Part shown: in pieces, positions 54,884-63,284 of the stretch
How the letters are laid out: each line of letters starts with the position of its first letter
Numbering within the stretch: the first letter of the stretch is position 1
From: a virus
Lineage: Duplodnaviria > Caudoviricetes
Virus record (IMG/VR): IMGVR_UViG_3300033066_002242
Coordinates: 31,556-95,555 of that record
Strand: one strand, 5' to 3'
Length of the DNA: 64,000 nt
The notes under the pieces: generated by a model
Told to the model about the DNA's origin: nothing
Databases searched by the model: none
Seen by the model: only the letters and a program-made list of their open reading frames with translations
Made by a program: the position numbers and the translations under genes

Positions 54884-55768
54884 ATGACTGACGCTATTCC
54901 ACGCACCCACGCCAACCTCCTGGCCGGCATCGCCCCAGACGCCGAGACCGGCAACCTCCCCGGTATCAGCCGCGACAACACCCAAGAGAAGTCCGAGATC
55001 GCGGACTTCATGAAGATGATCGAACGCATGGGAGGTACCGACGCCAGCCTGAGTGGCATCCACCTGCAAGCCATGGCGGCCGGCGTGGAGCAATTCATGA
55101 TCGCCACCGCCGGCGCTGACTGGCGCGAAATCGGACTGCCTATCCACATCGCGGCCCTGCATGAAGTCGGGGAAGCACTGGTGCATACCCGCAACCTCTG
55201 GTGCTGGTGGGCGCGTACCCAAGAGCCGGTGGACAGCGGCGAGGTCGTCATTGAGCTATTCGATACCTCCCTGCACCTGCTGGCCATGATCCTGCAGCAA
55301 GTACCTGCCGGGGAGATGGTGGCCAGCATGCACCCTGACCACGTGGTTACCAAGCTGGTGAACATCTTCAATGCCACATGGAACCGGCACTTCGATGCCA
55401 TGAAGGATGAAGGCATCCCGCAGTCCCATGAAGGGGCCATTCTGGTCTCCTACCTGGATGAGCTGACCCACTGCATCATCTCCCGCAACCCGGTGGAAGC
55501 CTTTGGAGTGCTTGGGGCAGCCATGGCTATCCTCGGCATGAACCCCAATGTCCTGTGCGCCGGGCTGATGGGCAAGCTGCACCTGGCACGGTTCCGGGAC
55601 GAGAACGGGTACCGCACCGGTGAGTACCGCAAGGTGTGGAGCGGCGGTCAGGAAGACAATCGATTCTTGCTGCACTTGCTGACCGAGTCTTCCAAGTCAG
55701 GGTTTGCCCTGATGCTGGGCAGTTACGACGACATCAAGCCGCTGTTTGAAATCGCCTACTCCGCATAA
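54884..55768 (+). CDS. Dimeric (all-alpha) dUTPase
   Basis: EVGE, W.WW, ELFD..H, GK...RFR.ENGY..GEYRKVW.G.EDN motifs. Confidence 0.75.
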   Translation: MTDAIPRTHANLLAGIAPDAETGNLPGISRDNTQEKSEIADFMKMIERMGGTDASLSGIHLQAMAAGVEQFMIATAGADWREIGLPIHIAALHEVGEALVHTRNLWCWWARTQEPVDSGEVVIELFDTSLHLLAMILQQVPAGEMVASMHPDHVVTKLVNIFNATWNRHFDAMKDEGIPQSHEGAILVSYLDELTHCIISRNPVEAFGVLGAAMAILGMNPNVLCAGLMGKLHLARFRDENGYRTGEYRKVWSGGQEDNRFLLHLLTESSKSGFALMLGSYDDIKPLFEIAYSA

Positions 55769-55779
55769 GGAGAGTCACC

Positions 55780-58644
55780 GTGTTTCAGTACCTGAAAGAC
55801 GAAGTCCCGCTGCTCAAAGGTATTGCCCACTTCACCGGCAAAGACTTTTCGGCTGCGGGGTCCAATACGTTGGAGCTGGAAGACAAGGCGTGCCCGTTCT
55901 GCAAGCACAACGACTGCTTCCGCATCAAGCTGGACCCGGATACCGGGGATGGCCTGCTATACCGCTGCTTCAGTTGCAGCGAGACCGGCAACGACACCGT
56001 CCAGTTCTACTCCACCCTGTTCCAGGTTGCCAAGCCCAAGGAAGCGGCAGAACTGGTAGCCAAAGAATTCGGGCTCACCCTGCCCGAGGTGTCGTCCAAC
56101 ATCCACCAGGAGATATTCGAGGTTGCGGCCCGGTACTACCACCATAACCTGCTGTCCAGCAAGGAGCACCTCCTGCACGACGACCGCGGCTACACCCCGC
56201 TGCGGTACCAGATAGATGTGCGCAAACACTCACAGGACATACTGGAGAAAGAATGCGTCGGATGGTCCGATGACGGCTTCCAGGACTACATGGACTCCCT
56301 GGGGTACCGCGAAGACCACATGCTCGCTTGCGGCCTGCTGGTCAAGAACACGGAAGGCAAGATCCGCTCCTTCTTCGGGTCGGGGGCGTTCATCTATCCT
56401 CACTTCGTGGACGGCAAGGTCAGCCACTTCACCCAGAAGACCCCGGACCGCATCAAGGGCGTCAAGTACCAGCTGCGCAATGAGCACCGGCTGAATGGGT
56501 ATCGGCTCTACGGTCAGGACGACATTGAGCAGCACACCAAGGTATTCATCGTTGAGGGGGAGAACGACCGGCTGACCTTGAAGGAATTTGTCAAAGGCAA
56601 GGCCGCCGTAGTCGCCATCATCGGCCAGATATCCCGGCAGCAGCTGGACTGGATCAACGTCAAGCTGAAGTCGAAGACTCACGTCTATACGATATTCGAC
56701 AATGATGACGCTGGGGACAAGTACCGGGTGGCTGTGGCGGCGCTGGGTATGGCGCACGTTATCCAATGCAAGGCCCCCGACCCCTACAAGGATGTGGACG
56801 AGTACCTGTGTGAGGAGCCTGGGGCCTCCCTGGACGGATTGGTGATCGTTGGGGCTCAGGTGGACACCCAAGCCGCCAAGGTGTCCGATGGGGCTGCTCC
56901 TGACGCGCGCAAGGGCATTGCCGCCCGCAATGTGTTCGAGCAGGGGAATTGCTATTACCGGATGCAGGTAGACAAGAAGGGAAATCAAGAACCGGTGAAG
57001 GTGTCCAACTTCTCCATGCACCTCAAAAACGTCTTCGTGCGTATGTCCGACCAGACGCGGGAGCGTGAGGTCGTCATCACCCGTGAGGACGGCTCCGTCG
57101 GCAGCAGCAATCTGTTCGTCAACTCCGACGTCAAGACGCGATTGCTGGAGTTCAAACGCGCCGTGGCAGATGCGGCAGATGTCACTTTCTACGGAACAGA
57201 ATCTGACCTGCAAATGGTGTGGGACTGGGTGTACTCCCGGGAAACGGAAAACACCATTCTGGTGTCGACCGAGGTTGGCCACCAATCGGACTCCAACACC
57301 TGGCTGTTCAGGGACGGGCTGATCCAGAGCGACGGCATGATCATCCCAGCCCGTGAGGACGAGCTCATCCCCATGGGCGACTACCTGCTGATGCCACACA
57401 GCACGGTGACGCAGAGCACCGGCAAGCGCAGCAACAAGGAAGGCATTCCCCGCATCTTCACTCCCACCACGCGCAACGCCGTGGAGGACGTCGCCTTCCG
57501 CAACGGCTTCTACGACCTGTTCCTCAAAAACATCGGGGATGTCGGCGTCGCGGTGACCATGCTGGCCTGGATGAAAGCCTGCGCCTTCTCCGACTACCTG
57601 TTCGAGCGCTACCACTTCTTTCCCTTCCTGTACATCTGGGGGAAGCATGCGCAGGGCAAGTCCGCCGTGGCCGGATGGCTGCTGCAGCTATACGGCATGG
57701 GCGGCATCGGGGAAATGACACTGCCTCGCCTGGGCAGCGGGGTTGGCTTCAACCGGATGATGGCCACCTACGCCAGCCTGCCTATCCTGCTCGACGAAAT
57801 GCGTGCCGACCGTACCGCGGCGGAACTGCATGGGCCTATCCGCTCCTGGTACAACCGGGTGCCAAGGGTCATGGGCAGCAAGGAAGACACGGCGTCCGTC
57901 GTTTCCCAGCCGGTGAGGTCCTGCGTGATGTTTTGCGGCCAGGACATCCTCACCGACGTGGCAGCGCGTTCACGCTGTATCGAAGTGGAGATCCCACATG
58001 CCGATAAGCGGGACTTGGTGCACTCGTATCAGTGGATTGAGCACCACCTGGATGAGCTGCCGGCGATTGGGAGGGGCTGGATTCTGGAGGCGTTGAACAC
58101 GGACATGCGCCAACTGATCTACGACATCCAGGGTATGGAGCAGATGCTGGTTGCCGCCACCCACGGCGACACCCGGGTATGCCGGCAGTGGGCCATGGTC
58201 GGCATCTTCGCAGACCACATCCTGTCGGACCTCGGCCTGGACACCTACCCGCTGGAAGCGTTCCTGATCAATTCCTGCAAGGGGAAGGTGGAGGAGCAGG
58301 AAGAAGACAGCCTCATCCTCCGCTTCTTCAACATGGTGGAAGGGGTGCAGGTACAACCCAACAGCCCCATCAATGGAGAACACATCCGCACATCCGGAGA
58401 CAAGGTGCTGATATGGGTGACAGATCTCTACCGTATCATTGCCCGGGAAAAGGAAATGTCCAACAACTCCACCACCTTCTCGACGAAGGCGCTTATGGCT
58501 GCCTTGAAGGCTGAACCCTGGTATGTCACTACCGAGGCCAGGCCCATGGGTATGCACGGCGCCAATCGCCGGGTAGTCATCCTGAAGAACGAGGAAAGCC
58601 TGCCCAACGTCTTGAAATCCATTATCGCCACCGTGTCCGGTTAA
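55780..58644 (+). CDS. DnaG-type primase fused to P-loop helicase/ATPase
   Basis: Zn finger CPFC..C..CFSC; TOPRIM VEGEND, FDNDDAG, KDVDE; C-terminal GKHAQGKS and ILLDE. Confidence 0.85.
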   Translation: MFQYLKDEVPLLKGIAHFTGKDFSAAGSNTLELEDKACPFCKHNDCFRIKLDPDTGDGLLYRCFSCSETGNDTVQFYSTLFQVAKPKEAAELVAKEFGLTLPEVSSNIHQEIFEVAARYYHHNLLSSKEHLLHDDRGYTPLRYQIDVRKHSQDILEKECVGWSDDGFQDYMDSLGYREDHMLACGLLVKNTEGKIRSFFGSGAFIYPHFVDGKVSHFTQKTPDRIKGVKYQLRNEHRLNGYRLYGQDDIEQHTKVFIVEGENDRLTLKEFVKGKAAVVAIIGQISRQQLDWINVKLKSKTHVYTIFDNDDAGDKYRVAVAALGMAHVIQCKAPDPYKDVDEYLCEEPGASLDGLVIVGAQVDTQAAKVSDGAAPDARKGIAARNVFEQGNCYYRMQVDKKGNQEPVKVSNFSMHLKNVFVRMSDQTREREVVITREDGSVGSSNLFVNSDVKTRLLEFKRAVADAADVTFYGTESDLQMVWDWVYSRETENTILVSTEVGHQSDSNTWLFRDGLIQSDGMIIPAREDELIPMGDYLLMPHSTVTQSTGKRSNKEGIPRIFTPTTRNAVEDVAFRNGFYDLFLKNIGDVGVAVTMLAWMKACAFSDYLFERYHFFPFLYIWGKHAQGKSAVAGWLLQLYGMGGIGEMTLPRLGSGVGFNRMMATYASLPILLDEMRADRTAAELHGPIRSWYNRVPRVMGSKEDTASVVSQPVRSCVMFCGQDILTDVAARSRCIEVEIPHADKRDLVHSYQWIEHHLDELPAIGRGWILEALNTDMRQLIYDIQGMEQMLVAATHGDTRVCRQWAMVGIFADHILSDLGLDTYPLEAFLINSCKGKVEEQEEDSLILRFFNMVEGVQVQPNSPINGEHIRTSGDKVLIWVTDLYRIIAREKEMSNNSTTFSTKALMAALKAEPWYVTTEARPMGMHGANRRVVILKNEESLPNVLKSIIATVSG

Positions 58645-58689
58645 GGCGCGGGGAGGGGCTACTGATCGTAGCCTCTTCTTTTAGCCGGA

Positions 58690-59000
58690 AATGTAGCAAT
58701 TACTACATGTTTGCTACATTTTTTGCTACGTGATTTTTTCCTGCAACCCTTGCGCTGCAACGCTTTCTACTCTCTCTACTACTACTACTACTATAACTAT
58801 ATAAAATATATATAAGATAAGATAAATGTCACATTCTTAATGAGAATGATTCTCATCTGGGAAAAACGTGTATCTTATATAGTGTTTAATTTTTTTTTGT
58901 AGTTCCTGTAGTTCTAGTAGTAAAACGCTTGCAGCCCTTGTGCCGCAACGGTTTGGGGTACTATTTTTTTGGTCCTAAAAAAGTAGCAGAACTATTTTTT
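58690..59000. other. Putative replication origin (AT-rich core, CTAC/GTAG arrays, 21-bp direct repeats)
   Basis: The only long, strongly AT-rich non-coding stretch; directly downstream of the primase-helicase. Confidence 0.6.
58839..58856. promoter_or_regulatory. Fur-box-like palindrome ATGAGAAT-G-ATTCTCAT
   Basis: Perfect 8-1-8 inverted repeat; core TGAGAAT-N-ATTCTCA differs from the 7-1-7 Fur consensus TGATAATnATTATCA by one base per arm. Confidence 0.55.
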
Positions 59001-59006
59001 CGTGGT

Positions 59007-59034
59007 CAATTTACCCCACCCAACAGGGTATAAG
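59007..59034 (+). promoter_or_regulatory. Putative early promoter CAAT-N16-GGTATAAG
   Basis: Motif match with identical spacing. Confidence 0.65.
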
Positions 59035-59083
59035 AGAAGTGCGGACAAGATCGCTCCGTTTCTATGAGGTAGAAAGAAAGACT

Positions 59084-59530
59084 ATGAACAATTTCCTTGA
59101 ACTGCAATCTGCCGTGAAGACAGACCTCAGCGTGGCGCAGACCCGCGCCTATGAGGAACTGCGTCAGCTGTGGGAGCAGCTGCGGGAAGTACCGATGGGC
59201 GTCATCCCAGACGAAGTGCTGAAAGAAGGTGCCAACGGCACCGGCTACTACGATGGTCTTCTGACCATCAAGACAGAAATGGGAGTGCTCTACAAGGGCA
59301 CTGACGAGTGGGGGCGGATGGTGGTCGTGTGGCGTGACGGTGGCTGCCGTCAGCAGTGCGTGTTTGATCGCTACGGCGAACGGAACGGCATGCTGATCAG
59401 CCAGCGCAATGCCGTTCCCAGCATCTACCAGGCGGAGGAGGTGCTGTATCTCCTGCGGCAGGCCCTTGCCCAAGCTTGGAAGCAAAATGACAACATCCCA
59501 TTCCCCGCGCCGCTCTCCGAAGCGGCGTAA
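59084..59530 (+). CDS. Hypothetical early protein
   Basis: MNNFLELQ...; followed by hairpin AAACCGGGC..GCCCGGTTTT at about 59543-59570. Confidence 0.55.
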   Translation: MNNFLELQSAVKTDLSVAQTRAYEELRQLWEQLREVPMGVIPDEVLKEGANGTGYYDGLLTIKTEMGVLYKGTDEWGRMVVVWRDGGCRQQCVFDRYGERNGMLISQRNAVPSIYQAEEVLYLLRQALAQAWKQNDNIPFPAPLSEAA

Positions 59531-59583
59531 TCCCCTCCCACCAAACCGGGCCTCATGCCCGGTTTTCTTTTACGGAGAACGCC

Positions 59584-59865
59584 ATGGATCCGAAAATCGT
59601 AGCTCTCGTTGACGCCCTGCAGCGCCTGTCCGACGCCAACATCGAAGGCATCAGCCGCGGTATGCGCAAGCCTGTCGTCGTCACAGGAGGCCGACCGCGC
59701 AAGTACCAGCGTATTGATCTGGTACAAACTGGACGCACACGGGAACTGTGTAAGGTGACACTGGACAATGGGGACGTCCTCGTCAAGGGCAAGATCTGCG
59801 GGCACATCGATGAGGTGCTGCTGCGACCCGGTGCCCTGCTGAAGCTGGAGGCGTGCTATGCCTAG
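59584..59865 (+). CDS. Hypothetical protein
   Basis: GGAG RBS. Confidence 0.5.
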   Translation: MDPKIVALVDALQRLSDANIEGISRGMRKPVVVTGGRPRKYQRIDLVQTGRTRELCKVTLDNGDVLVKGKICGHIDEVLLRPGALLKLEACYA

Positions 59866-60064
59866 CTGGCATCAGCTGAAAGCAGGGTTGCCGGTGCTGT
59901 ACCACCCAGTGAAATGGACGGTGGTCGAAGATCAGGACTTCATCAGCGTGTCCCGGTGGGACACCCCAGAACAGGCCAAAGAACACTTGGCTGTCATCCA
60001 GAAGAACCGGCCGGAAGTTTCGGCCTACATTTTACCCCCTTCTCCAAACCGAGGTGCCTCATGA
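59858..60064 (+). CDS. Hypothetical protein
   Basis: GGAGG RBS; overlapping operon packing. Confidence 0.5.
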   Translation: MPSWHQLKAGLPVLYHPVKWTVVEDQDFISVSRWDTPEQAKEHLAVIQKNRPEVSAYILPPSPNRGAS

Positions 60065-61002
60065 TTTCTCACATCTACGTTCTGAACGCCCTGAAGGTGT
60101 TCATTGCTGCCAACAGCGTTGCCTGGGGGGACTGGATCAAGTCCCACCCCGAAGTTGATCTCGACAAGGACGTCATGGACTGGGCCGAAGAGTCGACAGC
60201 CGTGGCCGACTCCCTGTACGCCCACGACGAGCGCTACACCGGCAGCCAGTTCGGTGACGTCTTCGGCGGCTGGCTCGGGGAATTCCTGCTCCGGGAGAAG
60301 CGCAAGCCCACGTGGTCGGAAGTGCTGTACCAAGTCCGCCGCATGACGGCCGTGGACGCAGTGCCGGACTCCGAGATTGTGATTGCCCGCGCTCCGGCCA
60401 GTGCCAAGAGTACACACGGTCCACTGACTGCGCAGTATATTACCAAAGGGGCGCTGAGCAACCCACGCTTCAAGTTGGCCGTACACCAGTACTGCCACGA
60501 GTGGAGGCTCGGAGGTGAACTGGAGTTTCTCTCCCTGCTCGGCAGCTTTGCCGAAGAAATGGACTTGGTGTGGGAGCTCGCGGAGGACAAGGGTGACGAA
60601 CCTTTCTGCTACGACGCCGCTGAGCCCTTCGGGTACGCGGCGATTGAAAAGGTGCTAGAACTAGACTCCGACGACAACTTGTACGATGTGCTTTCTGCGC
60701 TGGCGGAGGAGACCGTTAAGGGCTACTTCTCCGGAATCCACACCATACCTATGTACAGACAGTTCCGGCGGTTCTCCATGCAGTCGCAGAGCGTGCTGAA
60801 GGTCACCCTCACAGGCAATTACCCATCCTACGTGGGAGTGCTAGACCTCTACCGGCTGGAGAATACCGTCGCCATGGCTCAGCTGCTTACTACACTCGGG
60901 CAGTGGTACTCCTACGACGCGGTGGAACGGGCATCCATTGAAGGGCTGCTTCAGACCCACTTTATCAATCTCACCAAAGGAATTCGTCATGTCAAGCAGT
61001 AA
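60061..61002 (+). CDS. Hypothetical acidic protein
   Basis: GAGG RBS; ATGA overlap. Confidence 0.55.
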   Translation: MISHIYVLNALKVFIAANSVAWGDWIKSHPEVDLDKDVMDWAEESTAVADSLYAHDERYTGSQFGDVFGGWLGEFLLREKRKPTWSEVLYQVRRMTAVDAVPDSEIVIARAPASAKSTHGPLTAQYITKGALSNPRFKLAVHQYCHEWRLGGELEFLSLLGSFAEEMDLVWELAEDKGDEPFCYDAAEPFGYAAIEKVLELDSDDNLYDVLSALAEETVKGYFSGIHTIPMYRQFRRFSMQSQSVLKVTLTGNYPSYVGVLDLYRLENTVAMAQLLTTLGQWYSYDAVERASIEGLLQTHFINLTKGIRHVKQ

Positions 61003-61411
61003 CCCTGTCCATACCATCGACACCGTGTACCCGTTCTACTGGGTATCTCCTGTTCGCGTTTATGCCGAGAACGACGACGGCACCGAGTGCATGGAATTCT
61101 GCAAAGAGGAGTTCGCAGATTACTTCGGCGTCTACCGCTACGACTTGCCGGATGAAGACGGCATCAGCGTGGCGCAGTGGATGGCAGACTTCGCCACTCG
61201 CAACATGGCCGATTTCTTCGCCCATGCAGCCAACACCATGCCCGACACCGTGCGCCAGCAAGGTGGTGCGGTGGTGGTGTTCACCCGGCGCGAACTCCTC
61301 CTGGCCGCTCCGGTCAAGGTGGAGAACGCGCTGGTTGAAGCCTCCGAGGAAATTATCTCGGAGTTGCGGCAGGAGTCCGTCAACCTTATCTGTCGGGAGA
61401 TCCCGTCATGA
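60989..61411 (+). CDS. Hypothetical protein
   Basis: AAGGA RBS. Confidence 0.5.
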   Translation: MSSSNPVHTIDTVYPFYWVSPVRVYAENDDGTECMEFCKEEFADYFGVYRYDLPDEDGISVAQWMADFATRNMADFFAHAANTMPDTVRQQGGAVVVFTRRELLLAAPVKVENALVEASEEIISELRQESVNLICREIPS

Positions 61412-61692
61412 GCCTTGAAGCCACGCCGCTGGACCGCTGGCAACACCGCCTCCGCGAAGTCATCTCGGAAGACGGGTCGGAGTTCTACACCGATGAGCAG
61501 GACGCTCCGGTGGCAACCACAACCTCTGCGCGGCTGGCGAAAGGAATTCGCAACATCCCGTCCATGGTATCCATCTTGACAGGACTTCGGGAGGCACTGG
61601 ATGATCTGCGCGGTATGGGACGTGCCCTGCCAGAGCATGACGAGCTTCTGGAGGAAGTCTCCGCCCTTATTAACGAGCTTGACGAGGAGTAG
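61408..61692 (+). CDS. Hypothetical protein
   Basis: ATGA overlap; GGGAG RBS. Confidence 0.5.
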   Translation: MSLEATPLDRWQHRLREVISEDGSEFYTDEQDAPVATTTSARLAKGIRNIPSMVSILTGLREALDDLRGMGRALPEHDELLEEVSALINELDEE

Positions 61693-61695
61693 CTT

Positions 61696-61887
61696 ATGAT
61701 CCGCCAATCTGCCTTGGCCATGGTCTTGACGCATTCACTTTCCCAAGCGTACGCCATGCCACACTTCTGGATGCACTCTGCCGAGCCGTTGCCGCTTCCG
61801 GACCGGAGCCGCGGCACCGGTACACGTAAGGCCAAGCGTGCGGCCAAGAAACGGCGTAACTGCCGGGCTCGGTCCAGGCGCAAATAA
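61696..61887 (+). CDS. Small protein with very basic C-terminus
   Basis: GAGGAG RBS; RKAKRAAKKRRNCRARSRRK tail. Confidence 0.5.
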   Translation: MIRQSALAMVLTHSLSQAYAMPHFWMHSAEPLPLPDRSRGTGTRKAKRAAKKRRNCRARSRRK

Positions 61888-61889
61888 GC

Positions 61890-61898
61890 GGGTATAAG
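61890..61898 (+). promoter_or_regulatory. GGGTATAAG promoter element followed by hairpin
   Basis: Followed by the GACGGC/GCCGTC stem. Confidence 0.55.
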
Positions 61899-61946
61899 AC
61901 CATTAGGGACGGCATTTCGCCGTCTCTTTTTTAGAGAGCAAATACT

Positions 61947-62483
61947 ATGATCACCGATCTCTTTCGCTTAAAGGAACTACTGTCCGAGGGGCGGCTTTCT
62001 TGTCGCATTACGTTGGACCGCCCTTTTGAGAAGCAAGTCGCGTACTGCATGCCTGTCCTCTCTCTGGTATGCACGGACCACCACTGGGCGGCCTTTGCCC
62101 CCGCCCCAGACCATGATGAAGAAGGTCCTTTTGCCGTCCTGGACGGCACGGTCCAGGAAAGGCATATTGCCACCTCTAACTGGAGGTACGACGCCACGGA
62201 CGACGTGACGGATTCTGTAGAGTTCCTGGAGACAATGCCGTCTCGCATTCCAGAGTATGGAGGTCCGCTGGACCTGCTATCGTGGGTGTCCGAGATGACA
62301 GAGCAGGGCCTGCTCTTTCACCCGGACGACGATCCTGCGGACATCACTCCGGGGTTCACCTACCAAGAAGTTGAAGAACTCAACAGCATCATCCCCGCAT
62401 TGCGCCGGGACTGGGGAGACCGCTTGTACGGCCTGCTATGCGCCTACGCCGGTCACCCTATTATCAAAGCAGGTGCCTCATGA
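61947..62483 (+). CDS. Hypothetical protein
   Basis: ORF downstream of the promoter motif; FHPDDDPADI motif. Confidence 0.5.
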   Translation: MITDLFRLKELLSEGRLSCRITLDRPFEKQVAYCMPVLSLVCTDHHWAAFAPAPDHDEEGPFAVLDGTVQERHIATSNWRYDATDDVTDSVEFLETMPSRIPEYGGPLDLLSWVSEMTEQGLLFHPDDDPADITPGFTYQEVEELNSIIPALRRDWGDRLYGLLCAYAGHPIIKAGAS

Positions 62484-62833
62484 ACTCCACCGAAACCGCA
62501 GCCGCCTTGGCGGCGACCATCCTTCACTTGCGTTCCAGCGAAGTGGCCTCGCGCATGGCAGCGCTGACCATGGCTGCCCAACGCCTGGCAGCGGAAGTGG
62601 CAAAGACAGACAGCACCGAGCACAGCATTCTGGAAAGCATCAGGACGCCGAAAGGGGCTTCAGTATTGATGGCGCTGGAGGATGACTTCAAGGAACTGTC
62701 GCAGGACATGCTGCAGCAAGTTGGAGAGACCCTGTGCAAAGCGACAGGAGATACGCCGCTTCCGGGGATTCAGTTCTCCCCGGCGGCGCTGGTCGGCTGG
62801 ATTGCCGACCTGAAGCTTATCGACGCCGAATGA
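62480..62833 (+). CDS. Hypothetical protein
   Basis: ATGA overlap. Confidence 0.5.
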   Translation: MNSTETAAALAATILHLRSSEVASRMAALTMAAQRLAAEVAKTDSTEHSILESIRTPKGASVLMALEDDFKELSQDMLQQVGETLCKATGDTPLPGIQFSPAALVGWIADLKLIDAE

Positions 62834-63263
62834 GGGTCTTGGCGCCGCTCACCAGGCGTTGCTTTAGCTCCTCGACTTTCAGCTTCGACACGGGCCCCAG
62901 GAACCGGGCATCGTCATAGTGCTTGAGGAACGCCTGCACCGCCTCACGCTTGCTCTTGAAGCCCAGCATGACCTTATCCTCGTCCCACCGCTTCCAGTTA
63001 CCGTGAGTGCGCTGGTGAACGACGTAGGCGTGAGGGGCTTCCTGGTGTGGACCAACGTAGACATCGATGGCATCTCCGTCCCTACCCTTGGTGCCTTCCA
63101 GATACCCGTACGCATGCTGCATCTTTGTGCGCCAGCCCGGACCGCTGCGCACGGTTCCAACCGGGTTCTCAACGGCAACCTTCAAACCCTGGAACCGGAC
63201 CCGTGGCTTGTAATAATTCCCTGCTTCTATCTGCCCGGAAGTAGGCTGTTTCCATTGTGGCAT
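62817..63263 (-). CDS. Stand-alone inorganic pyrophosphatase-like (InPase) domain protein
   Basis: QIEAGNY.K..V...GL.V.VENP.G..RSG..W...M...YGY...T.G.DGD.IDVYVG...DEDKVMLGF signature. Confidence 0.8.
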   Translation of the reverse strand: MPQWKQPTSGQIEAGNYYKPRVRFQGLKVAVENPVGTVRSGPGWRTKMQHAYGYLEGTKGRDGDAIDVYVGPHQEAPHAYVVHQRTHGNWKRWDEDKVMLGFKSKREAVQAFLKHYDDARFLGPVSKLKVEELKQRLVSGAKTLIRRR

Positions 63264-63284
63264 CTCATTTCTCCGGAGCAATAC

